Of a stretch of DNA of 64,000 nt, positions 52,756 through 64,000 are shown one piece after another. The stretch is from Moniliella sp. 'wahieum'. Its lineage: Eukaryota. The position numbers and the translations under genes are program-made. Position 1 is the stretch's first letter, and every line of letters starts with the position of its first letter. The notes under the pieces were generated by a model that was given only the letters and a program-made list of their open reading frames with translations, was not told the DNA's origin and searched no databases. The stretch covers positions 62,001-126,000 of the forward strand of contig RSEE01000117.1 in assembly GCA_003971905.1 (NCBI GenBank). Reading direction: 5' to 3'.

Positions 52756-53808
52756 ATGGCGAGCAAAGCAGCTGCCAAGCGTGTATGTTACCGTTTTGTC
52801 TCTCTTCTGCGACCTGAGCTGACCCCCGCCCCGCCGACCAGGGCAAGGAGACTATCAACATGGAAACCGACCCCCCGCCCTACTGTTACGCCCGTCCCCG
52901 CGAGGATAATGTTCTCGAGTGGCACTTTATTCTCCGTGGCCCCCCCGATACCCCCTATGAAGGAGGGGAGTACTGGGGTCAGCTTCTGTTCCCGAGCGAC
53001 TACCCCTTCAAGCCTCCGTATGTATGCCCCCTTCCCCCCTGGCGATGTTTAGCTTACCACGGCTGTGACAGAGGCATCAAGGTCCAGACCCCCAGTGGCC
53101 GTTTCAGTCCTAACACCAAGATCTGCACTTCGATGAGCGACTTCCACCCCGGCAGTTGGAACCCAAGCTGGAGTGTGACCAACATGTACGCTTCCCCCTT
53201 CCTCCTCCCCCTCCCTATCCTACCCCCTTGTGCGGACTAACATTGACTCGCGTTAGTCTCGTGGGCCTGCTATCGTTCATGACAGGCGAAGAGATGACGA
53301 CTGGAAGTGTTTCGGCCAGTGCGGCCGACCGAAGGGCGTATGCACTTGCCTCGCATGCCTGGAACATCAAGCAACGCAAATTTGTCGCCCTATTTCCCGA
53401 GTACGCCCACGCTACCGCTACACCCCTGCCCAACATGGGTCAGCGCCCCGCTCTTCCGCCGGCCAACCCTGAGCCAGCTCCTTCGGCCGAGGCTGCTGCC
53501 ACGACTGCCTCGGCTGTTTCGCCCGCTTCGACCGCTTCTGTTGCAGCACCCTCTATCGACCCTACGCCTACCGGCTCCACGGAGGAGCGGCCTTTGACGG
53601 GGATTGCGGCACGGCGAGCCAATCGGAAAGCCAACCGGGGAGGCAAGGTAAATGAACTTCCGGGTACGCCCCCCCACGGGGACTACTAAACACGTTGTTC
53701 AGCCTTGGTCAACGCAAGTTGGCCTTTGCTGCGGCGGTGGTGGCGTACCTGTTTCTTAGTCGACTAGCAAGTCGGGTCGGGTCGTATGCTGACGCTCCCA
53801 CCGCTTGA
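52756..53808 (+). CDS. UBC6: ER-anchored ubiquitin-conjugating enzyme E2 (Ubc6/UBE2J2 type)
   Basis: [56 protein letters not shown]...[11 protein letters not shown]...WNPSWSV, GLLSFM, C-terminal [21 protein letters not shown] at 53806-53808. Confidence 0.95.
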
Positions 53809-54540
53809 TTAGTGATTTGTGCCCTCCTAGCCACCTGACCACTTTGGTCATGGGCAAACGTTGTGGACCCCCCTCGTTTCTCTTCAACGTACCTTTTATT
53901 GTATCAAGGAAATGTGCGCAGTCAATAGGGCTGTAGAAGTGTGTGCGAAAGGCTAGAACGGCTCAATATTCAATGGTTTCGAAGCCGAGACGGAGGTTTT
54001 GACATGCGCAAATCCATCTCCCGATCAGCCCCTCGTGACTGCATAGCTAATCGAAAATGCCGGTAACAAGGTTCCGGATAGATATGTGAGGATGCGTACG
54101 AAATTCAAGGTGGGCAAGGCCCACAAGATTGTGCACCAGAAATTTCGATTAGCCATGTGCTGTTCCTCATCCTTATTTCCGATGTCGAGTCACTCTCCTC
54201 GTTTCTGTGGCGTTCCGGTACCTCCCAGACATCGGCTCTGGGATTGGGGTTGTGGGGGGGGCTTGTCTTGACCCTCCTTGGTTTCAGCTAGATTCAGGTG
54301 AGCTTGGGCGTGACCTCCTCCTTCTCTGTTTCCATCTCCTGATCATAAACATCCATGAGGCTCTGTCGTTTCCTCAGGTGCTGGCGCCGCGCGGGCTCTG
54401 CTCCACGCCGGGACAGAGCCCGCGCCGGGACGCCAATCCACATATTGGCTGAATATGGTGGGCGCTTGCGACTGGAGCCTTCAAGTCGTCCACGTCTTGA
54501 CTTACAGCTGTCGCAGCAGGAAGCACCACTGTCTTGAATC

Positions 54541-54578
54541 AAGCTTCAAGCTTCAAGCTTCAAGCTTCAAGCTTCAAG
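54541..54578. repeat. (AAGCTTC)5 heptamer repeat
   Basis: Five perfect copies; related arrays at 58082-58107, 22244-22261, 16041-16056 and ~32411-32427. Confidence 0.95.
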
Positions 54579-55835
54579 GCGCTTTTAGGATTGCTTGTTA
54601 CAGGAACAGCGGACGAAAGTTCATTGTCACACGGGGCATCGCCACCTCCCTGTAGCTACGGCCTGCTACGGCTCTCGATCGACCAGCCACTGAAGATGGC
54701 CTGCCGTTGATCCGCTGTTTTCCTGCAGTGACGAATACGCGTTAGTTGCATGCTAGGTTCCAACCACTTAACCGCACGTTTTTGGCTGGTTTGAGACGGC
54801 TGGCGAAGCACGACCAGGTGCTCCCGTATGCTCCCGGAAGCGTTCGAAGGCCAGGCAGGTATGGGAGGGGAATGGGGAAGGGCAAGGGCAGAAAGGAGTA
54901 GTATGCAACGCAATAAGATCGAACCGGGCATTGAATATTGAATCTTGAATCTTGACCCTAGAAGGCGCTGGACGCTGGGGGGTCGATGCTCCGGATGATT
55001 GTACGTCACGCCTGTTGTCACATGTTCTTCGATCTTCTGTGGCCCTGCTGCCTCAGCCTGATGGCCTTGGACGCCTTGAAGCTTCAAGAGTTACTCACTA
55101 GTCACTAAGCTAGTCACATGTCGTCGCGACTGTAGTCGTTGTTCAAATTTGTGTGTTCAACGGAGTTCAACATTCCTAGGTTCAACACGTTCAACGTCAA
55201 CATTCAACGTAAACCATAGTCCCCATCAGGCGAATCAGGTTGACTGGTGTGAGGAACTCAAGTTGGGAGCGGCAGCGTGGCCAGGACACTTAGATTGTCC
55301 AATGAACTTCTGTCGAGGACGGGTTCGCCGTGTTCATCGTTCGTCCAAGGTTCCACCAACCCATTATAGCCAACACTCGTTCTACCCATTCGTTCTCACA
55401 TTCGCGCAGCATTAGGCGGAAGAATCGACTTGATCGATCGGTCCCTGAAGACGATGGACTACGCTACTACTGCCTCTTCCTCGACCGCAGAGCTCAGCTG
55501 AGCAAACATTGAGGAGCGGGATCGAATCAGCGACCCCGAGATACGTCCGTATTTACATTAGCGCATTAGCACCCAACTGCATGCGAGGCGAAGGCGTATT
55601 AGGCCTTAGGCCAAAGAGTATTCAAGGCGTTCAAAGACAAGTTGCAGTGAAGGCGCATGTACATTTGAACCTACAAAAACCCCAGCGGGGGAAAAAGAAA
55701 CAAGATCGTCATAGCGGCGAAGAACGACAATAGGGGAAGGAAGCCGTACCGCAGATCGCAGAGCAATGCCGTGGTGCAGGTGGTATCGAAGCGCTGATAT
55801 ACGCAGGGCAGACGGGAGCCGGGCTCATGCACGGC

Positions 55836-56414
55836 TTAAGCTCGCGAGCTGCCGAACGTCTCCTTAAAGTCGCCGCCACGGAACGCGCCAGCCCCAATGG
55901 TTGCAACCACACAGAGCATAAATGTCGTCAGACGAAGTTAATGAAACCAAAGGCAATCAACGTCTCGTTCGCAGAGCAGTACTTGAACGACGAGTGGAGC
56001 AGTTCTGAGCACCGCCCATGGACGCAGTCAGAGACGCAGCAGCGAGAGCCAGAAGACCCAGTCAAGGAAGATAAAGATGAGGTGCGAGACGATCGAGGTG
56101 ACACACCGCCAATGCCGGTGAGGAAGCAGACAACCTAGAGACCAATCAAACAAGTCAGAAGGGCTGGGAATCGGTAGTGTGGATCGGGGACTATATACGA
56201 CATAAGCCGTGGCAAATAGGAAGGAGAACCAGCCGACGAAGAGGAAGAAGCGAACGCGGGCCTTAACTGAGGACTTGACGTCCTTGGCAGCGTCCTTGGC
56301 GTTGTAGTCATGCACCAAGACGGAGGCGATGATGGCGACGACGAGGGAGAACAATGACAGCACGCCTAGAGTGACAGGCGCGCCGCGGCGAACAATAGTG
56401 CTGGCGTCAACCAT
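55836..56414 (-). CDS. MARVEL-like four-TM membrane protein
   Basis: MVDASTIVRRGAPVTLGVLSLFSLVVAIIASVLV...RVRFFLFVGWFSFLF...SIVSHLIFIFLDWVFWL; intron ~56136-56198; TAA at 55838-55836. Confidence 0.7.
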
Positions 56415-59400
56415 TGCAGAGGAAATAAGAAAGTAAGGGCGAGTAGAAGAAGCGGAAGTGGCAAAGGTTAGGTGGTGGGGGGGGTACGACAGGAGAAAGA
56501 GAGAGAAAGGCCGCAAGTAGTGCGTTGCCGGGCAACCTACTTATATCACCGCGGCCTGGGGAGGGGCGGCAGGGCGACAGGCCAGTGACGGCAGGCGGGC
56601 AGTGTAGGATTCGATGAGACCTCACATTCCCCGTCAATGCCGTCAGTACACTGGGTTAGCGCCGAGCTCAAAAGAGCACTCGCGGCCGGCGCGCACGCAT
56701 GTTGCACTACCCCCGTGCCGGGTACTAGTCCGGTCTCGGCCGCAGTGGCCTGCCGCCCTTGCCCGAGTGCAAGTCCGCGGGGAATGCGCAGCCTTGCACT
56801 GCCCCCGTGCGTCGCTGAACTCTATGCGTTGGGGAGGCAGGTCGCGCGGGCAGCTCAGCGCCACTGTCGGATGTGTTGCCGCCGTCGGTGGCGGCACATG
56901 CTCGCACTTTTGTTCGCTTATTTTTTTTTTTAGCTGGAGGCACCCCGGGCACCCAAGCGGTGTGGGCATGGGGCGTGCTGCAGCCACACAAGCCAGCGGG
57001 AGCTCCTGCTGAGGGCTGAGCTGCTCAGGCGCTGTGCCGGATGTTGCGGCGCGCAGGCACTGAGGCACTGTGCGCTAATGCGAATCGCTGGGGCGGGCTC
57101 GCACATGGCGCTGTGGGCCATTGGGGGCCATGCGCCGTGTGACAATGTGACGCAACCTGACCGCCGATCATTTTTTCTGTCAGCCAACTAATATAAACGC
57201 GTAACGCGTCACTGCGTAGCTGCAACGCCTGACGCCTGACACTGACCCCAACGCCGGGGGGCGGCAGCCGCGTCCCGAGAAGAGTAAGCACGGGTGGACA
57301 TTGCATGGACCGGATGCAGGTTGCAGCACAGCACTACCACCGGTCCCATCCCTTCCTTCTGAATCTGACGCGCCGTGTCATGCACGTCGGGCCCTCAGGT
57401 AATGCGTAAGATTAGAGTTACTAATGGCTGTGGCCCTAGCGATGACCACCTTCTGGCGCCTGTTACATGTTATTTCCAGCCTCTTGGCCCTTGAGCTCGA
57501 CCGGTGACCGAGACGCGTAAGTAACTCGGGGTGGTACTGGTACTCTGACTCAGTACTACTGAGTAACTGAGTACTCAGACTGAGTACTGAATAAGGAATG
57601 CTGAGTTGCTGATGATCGTCAACGGGCCCTTCAATTGGGGTCAGCGTGTCAGCGAGTTCGGCCACCCAAGCATCATGTGCATGCACCTGCATGCACTCGG
57701 AAGAGAGTCTCAGCGTAACACATCCATCACAACCACTAGGCGTACGTACTTATCATCGATGTTCGACGTTCGGCATCCATCTCAGATCTCAGATCCCTCA
57801 GATCCCCCAGATCCCCCAGATCCCCCAGATCCCCACAGGCTCAGACCTCCGAGATCGCTCAGGTCTCTTCTCAGAATTCATCGGTCATCAACATCGTCGC
57901 AACCACGCTGCGTTTCGCGTTCTAGACACCACTTTATGTTGAACTTGAACTTGAACTTGAACGTTGAGTTGACGTTGATTATTGATCGGCCTTTCGCAGC
58001 GGTCGCAGTCTCTCGTGATCTGACGGATCTGACGGAGCCAACACCTCAGTATGCATGAACCTGTTCAGCGCTTCGACATTCAAGCTTCAAGCTTCAAGCT
58101 TCAAGCTCCCTCCGGCTTCCGCTTGCGGGAAAATCAACCTCCCATTCGCGTTGCATCGAACGAACGGCTGGCTGGGCCGAAGACAGAAGACAGTTCGATG
58201 TCGAACGCTGTCATCGCAGCAACGTGTACGATGCTCGATCGCGCGCAGAACAACATCGAATCATCCATCGCAGTGCCGTCAGGTGTACCATCATGCATCT
58301 GGCATCAGATAAATCAGTGTTCAACTTGAACGTTCACTGAACGTTACTAGTTAGTTACTCGCGTTACTTGTGAACGTGTGAACGTGACCCATGTGAACCT
58401 CCATCTGCCCCAAGCCTGCCCCAACCAACCATTTCACGTCAGCATCACGTCATCATGCACAGGCATCATGCATCATGAGCTCATGCATCATGTGTACGCA
58501 CACATGGACACTTTCAACTTTGAAGGCATTTGAAATGTTTAGGCACTACCCTCGGGCCTCAGGCTGAGGCCCCATCGGCCTCTCCTGCCCCAATAACGAA
58601 TCCCACCAACCCGACGAGATGCTTGCAAAAAAAGCAGTCCGAAGCGAGGCTCCGCAGATTGTGGAGGGTATACAAAGCCACCACACCACATATCCCTCCT
58701 TCATTCACACGTTTCATGAGCGAAGGATCTGACCACCATGACAGAGCCCCTCGGCATCTTATTATCGAGTCCATTATATGTAGCCTTTTGGAAGGACATT
58801 TGCAAACTAACTTACGCACAGAAGGATCATATAAGTAGAGTAGGAAACGCTTTTTGTGTCGGCATGACGACGGATGAGAAGTCTGAAGGTCGCTCATCCG
58901 TCGGCGTTCGTGCTGACAGCTCGAAGAGCCCCGAGTCCACATTCTACGGGAGAGTCGTTATATATTAGCAGGTGAGAAAGGGCTCTCCCTCTGCCTCCCA
59001 GTATTCGTTTCCAAACCAGATGAACTATATACGGGGGTGGATGTGAACGAGCATGATGGATGTGTGAGGTATGGGAACCATCCCCAATATTCTCTTCAGC
59101 TCTCTTTCTTTCCAATAATCGAAATGATCCACATCTTCTTAGCATCAGTCTTGTTCTTGGCATAATGTGGTGGCATGCTTGCGTCGTAATGACGACAAGG
59201 GGAAAGAACGGAAAATGGGCGGATCCCGGATGCTTTGCGTTCTTCTTGCAATCAGCCTACTCGAGTAGCCACATGCAGCTCCTTCTCTCGAGGTTCCATA
59301 ATAGTGAATTCTCCTAAGACCTCGTTTACCGCCTTACGGGAATGCCCCGTAGCCACATGCGAAACTGAACCCTCAAAAGGTGTGTTGGGCCATCTCCATC

Positions 59401-61879
59401 CCTGAGAGATCCTTCAAATGCACCTTCTGCATGGTTCCATTACAGGGTAGTCCGTATACTTCTGTGTGCCCTTCTCCCTGGCCTTGTTCCTTGTTTCCCC
59501 CAATGACCCCAATGACCATGTTCGTCCTGCTAGGCCAGCATTGCACTCAAGGTGGCATCCGATGCGTCGGTCTCGATGCGGAGAAGGCAACAAGGATCAT
59601 AGTGGCAAGTGGAATGTGAGGACTGAAGTGAAGGTCCGCTTCAGGTCGTCTAAGGCACTTTGGCGACCTATCAAAACGCCGCTGGGTCTTACGGATGAGG
59701 TCCTCAGAATGTCAGAGGGAAATGTCAAGATCGTTCGTGGGAGTAAACTACAGGCATCGGGCAGGGAACAGAAGCAAAAGGGAAAGGAAAGAGCGAAATA
59801 AAAACGGGGATCAGAACTGGACATTGTACAGCGAGCGTAGTCAATCTCGGGGGCACGCAGGCTCCACATCAATAAAAAGGACGAATATGTTCCCCCATAG
59901 ATAGTCAATCTCCCTTTAATTGCTGTCTTTTACTTCGGTGTTCATGTATCTTCTGGGGTTGAAGCTCAACTTGGGCACCAGTTGCACTCCCAGCGTATCG
60001 AAGAAGTATCTGCAGTCCCATCTGTGCCCATCCATTCAATCCATTGATACTGATGAAAGGCTTTTTTGTTCCAGAGCACAGCTGTGGGAATTGTCTCATG
60101 GTGCCCTATACGATCCACCACGGCAGCACACTGCGCTTTATTTTGATCGGAGCGTAGTGTTCTATGGGAGTTTCCGAGTTGATGGGGCGCCAGGGTGATG
60201 TTTCCCCCTCGGTTCCATGGGTTTCATCCCTTATTGGTTGCGGGCAGGGCATGGGTGTTTAGGGTGGTTTGGGGATGAGAGAAGGTTTCTTCGGGAGAGG
60301 CCAGAGAGCCTTTTCCGATTTTGTAACTCTAATGGCTTACTTCTCCAGCGATTCTGTTGGACAGCAGAGCTGAATGCATTGATGGTTTAAAGACAAGGTG
60401 CGGAACTTGGCCCAGCAGAAGAAGCAAAGAGGATGGGGATCATGGAGCTGGGCGCTAGACCAGTCTCTCAGACTCGATCGAGCACGATCGAATCTGGACT
60501 CAGCTCCTCGGCCGACTCGAGAGGACCGGAGGACCAAGTCAGCATGGCTTAGAGGTTTTATTGGCCCTTAGACCCCCCGGTCAACAATAAGAAGAAGAGA
60601 CACAGCCTCGACGAGCTATTAAACGGAACTGAAGATGATCTTCAGGACGAGGAAGCCGCATTGACCGCAAAAAGCGAGAGAGGATGAAACAATAATTTTT
60701 TGCCCGCGTTTATAGGGTAACTGGGTTCCAGATGCAAGGACCCCTCACGGTTAATCGAGCCCGAATTCTATTGGTGGGGGTCCGAACGGGGAGGGCTAGA
60801 GACAAATCAAATTTCCTTGACCAGCCTTGATCAGCTTGGTCACTGTTTCAGCTGGCGTAGGAAGGTGCGTAGTAGTAAGGGCGGGATCGAGCACAAGATA
60901 TCGTTCCTCTGTAGTCCGTGGTCCCTTGGGGTTGGCTGAGAGAAGGCCGCGCAGGCAATGAGACAAAGAGAGTCTCCTTATTCAGACGGAGAGGTCCTGT
61001 CGCAGGAGGAACTCAAATCGCTTGGGATGGCAGCACGATCCGTACAGATTGGACTGTGGATCCCAGAATTCGACGGCAATATATGCTTACACGTCCATAG
61101 CAGCAGTCGACAAAAAGCTAATGGACATTGAAAGCAATAGCCTTCTTGGTAGAGTGGAGACTGCCAGGCCAATGAGTTGGTTGCAAAAACGGAAAGGGAC
61201 CCCAAGTGAAAGATGCATTAGATGATTGTAGACGAAAAACGACCCCCTGACTGCTTGGTTCAATAGCTCTCAAGGGTCATACTACAGACAAGATCTCTAA
61301 GGGGACCAGTCCGGGGGTCTTTCGAAAAAGGAACACATACCAATTGGGGAAGGCTTATCGGTTACCACCCTCAGCCAGGAACAGAAACACAGTCAAATCC
61401 AAGAATGTGGCCCGGGGAAGAGTATCAAAAGAAGGTCTCTCCGCTCTCTCAGCCCCAGACAGGAGAAAAGTCCATCAGGCATGAGGCATCTCATGAGGGA
61501 AGGGCCTCGCAACGAAAATGAGACCCCATCATCACCCGGAAACAAATGCCACAGGTCCGGAAGCTCAACTCAATTCTCACTAGCGTTCTACTACCACTGA
61601 AAGAAAACAAATTCAAGGAGGATATAAAATCAAGGTCCAACCAAACAAAACGTGCGATGGATCGATCATCTCGAAAGCATCATGGCCACCAGGAAGGGGT
61701 CGACTTGATTCAGGCCCCAGTTAGCTCGGATCGAAAGGACCATGATCTATTGTTCAAGCGCAAAACGGAGTAAACAGTTTCTTCAACAGGCGAGTCAGCC
61801 TATAGTCAGCCCAATCTTTACGCTGACACAACCCAAGTAAGGGAGAAAAAGAGAGAGCAGGTGGGATCGCTGGGTTCGC

Positions 61880-62240
61880 CCACGTCCACCGTCACCGGTG
61901 TTGAGAACATCACGCTCCTCCTCACAACAAGGCGTGTGGTCACCAGTCCACGGAGATGCCCTCCCTCTGTCACAAGGACGATGGGCGCTCATCTCTTAGT
62001 TCTATATGCGAGCAGGCAAAGAAAATGTGCAACCCTACTGCCCGCCGACCTGCACGTGTGGCCGGGGCGGGCGACGCCAATCATCGGGCATATGACAGAG
62101 TCGCGTCGACGCGTCCCTCCACCCCGCCGGTGCCCCCATTGCGACACCGACGCCCACACTCGCACACGGTGCCCCTTCAATCCACGCCCACGGTTGTGCC
62201 CCCACTGCGGTCGACCTGGCCACAAGGCTGCCGCGGAGCG
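61880..62240 (+). pseudogene. Degenerate CCHC zinc-knuckle coding fragment (gag-like remnant)
   Basis: One perfect C-x2-C-x4-H-x4-C (CPHCDTDAHTRTRC), a truncated second (CPHCGRPGHK) and a frameshifted upstream PRRCP unit. Confidence 0.5.
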
Positions 62241-63401
62241 GTGGAGCAAGGGGAAAGCAATTGGGGTCTTTGCGACAAAAATAAGGTGGGGGGGGGAGAG
62301 GACAAGAAGGGGGGGAGGACAAGAAGAGAGGGGGGGACAAAGGGAATTGGTGGAAGGATGGAGCAAGGATGATCGATGGTCCAGCGGTGGCGGGCTCGAT
62401 CCATGTAACGTGAATTACGACGACCCTGTCGCAGGTGGACCCTGCCAGGGGCTCACTCAGGTTGATGGGGTACAATCCCTTAAGTGAAAGACGACTCACG
62501 GTAGTTTCGGGCTTGGGCTACTTGGTGGATCCGAGCGAAGAGGAGAAGCATTGGGCGTGAAGCCGAGGCGGCTGCACGCGTGGCGAGGCTGCGTATACGC
62601 CGGCTGGAGGGTAGTAACGCGTCGGAAGCCTACGGGGCTGAGAGACGGGTAGATGCAGTGGAGCGGACAGACACTGCCAGGGCTGAGGCATGGCAGTGGT
62701 TGTGAAAGGAACCCACGCGACATGCTGTGGTACGGGGAACCGACGCGGCTGATGGAAGGCTCGCGCGACTGGGCAGATGGAAAGCTGGAGGACGAGGTTG
62801 GATGATGAAGATGATGCAGCTAAGTGGAGAGGTTGCCTGTATTACTGAATCAATTGGCTGGAAACGTTCAGGAGTTGGACAGGAAAGGCGGGAAGGGACG
62901 AGAACGGAAGGTGGGATAAAGGATCCCCACCAATCGAGGATGCTGACTGTTGGTTGCCCCCTCTTTTTGGTAATCCCCTTCTGTCTAAGCCCCATCGCAC
63001 TGGGATAGATGTTGACAGAGCGAAGCAGACGAAGCTGCTAAGAGTGCGACTGGGAGCACTCGCGATCCTATGGATGAGCTGCAAAGCAGCCTTCAGACAG
63101 GCGTGAAGGCAAAGGGGTGACCACAAGTCTACAAGCAACATCTGAATTGAAGGGAAGGAGAGACAGGAGAGAGGGAAGGGAGATGAAGCGAGCAGGGCGT
63201 ACGCGCCCTGCGAGCGGAACTCTTCCGCCCGGGTAAGTGAGGCGTCACCGATCCACCGAGGGCCGTGCAAGGGAACCCCAGCACTACCCTCCAACAGAAG
63301 CAAGCGAAGGCAGCGAAGGCACTAAGAGTATCATCCGATAGCACTTCCTCGTGCATCATGTGTGAGAAGGCACAGCCCGGGGGAAATATGAGGAAAAGAA
63401 G

Positions 63402-63473
63402 AGACTCGAATGGGATTCGAACCCATGTCATCGCCTATTGGCCAGGGATGCGTTACCACTACGCTATCCAGCT
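63402..63473 (-). pseudogene. tRNA-like Pol III element (pseudo-tRNA or SINE head)
   Basis: 72 nt; A box TAGCGTAGTGG, B box GGTTCGAATCC, perfect D and T stems; mismatched acceptor and anticodon stems and no U33. Confidence 0.75.
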
Positions 63474-64000
63474 GGGATAGAGCCGCTGCAGGATCACAGT
63501 CTAACATCATGCGAGCACGCGTTCACCTTGCGCATGCATCTGCCTTCACCCATCAATGAGAAAGGCATCGCTTGGTATTACGGTCTCTATTTCCGACAGT
63601 GTTGAGCGTACCGCCGCTGCGAGTAGGTCCGCTGATGCCTTTTTGCTGCTTCGCCCACAAGTCATATGGACTCGACTCGTTCCTTGGTACGCGGCACGCG
63701 CCTCCGTTTTTTCGGGCTTCAGTCGGGCATTTCACAGCCACAGCGAATGCCCCTCCCAGCTTTAAGCTTCAGGGAGAAGGACAAGGGGAACCAGTGGGAG
63801 CTCTCAGGGGACTGTACGTTGATTCTGCTCTTGCTTCTTCCCACGAACGATCGCCACATCCTTTTGGCCTAGTCTCGACTCTGGTCTTTGCTTTAGCCCC
63901 GACTGCGACATTATTATTGGTGGGGAGGAGCAAGAGCAGAGGACATGGTGCGAAACGCTCTGGACGTAGCCTCTCGATGAGTGTTGAGGTTTTGAGTACT

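Noticed and set aside
61600..61700. Copia-like RT fragment (YKIK...DGS) and an HSQRIE integrase-like motif near 59985
   Set aside because: Motifs are too short and lack the required flanking conserved residues

Overview
Eukaryotic, GC-rich fungal DNA, most likely a basidiomycete, judged from short GT-AG introns with CTAAC/CTGAC branch points and the gene families present. Almost every gene, including normally essential ones, is broken by single-base deletions in homopolymer runs, so this looks like an unpolished long-read assembly rather than mass pseudogenisation. Many CDS boundaries are therefore approximate. Recognisable genes: a DUF2828 TROVE/vWA-like protein, a LEA_2-type membrane protein, a very large class-2 DYRK (Pom1-like) kinase, a class III ADH/formaldehyde dehydrogenase with an atypical active-site loop, a VRG4 GDP-mannose transporter, a PBDC1/YPL225W protein, a DUF6533 membrane protein, a DHA1 MFS transporter, a pirin-like cupin, Raptor/KOG1, tRNA-Arg(ACG), a UstM-like methyltransferase, RPL38, an FHA protein of the Far10/Vps64/SLMAP type, UBC6 and a MARVEL-like protein. 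The most interesting non-core content: (1) a 3.25-kb element with perfect terminal inverted repeats, an 8-bp target duplication and subterminal repeats, encoding a spliced protein with an apparently catalytically dead Ulp1/NEDP1-like protease domain and no visible DDE transposase; (2) two divergent 5'-truncated RLE-type (CRE/Cnl1-like) retrotransposon copies sitting head-to-head; (3) a window-wide family of intergenic heptamer repeats built from different 6-bp palindromes plus one base; (4) a tRNA-shaped Pol III element with a broken anticodon arm. All family assignments come from motif recognition by eye; no searches were run.
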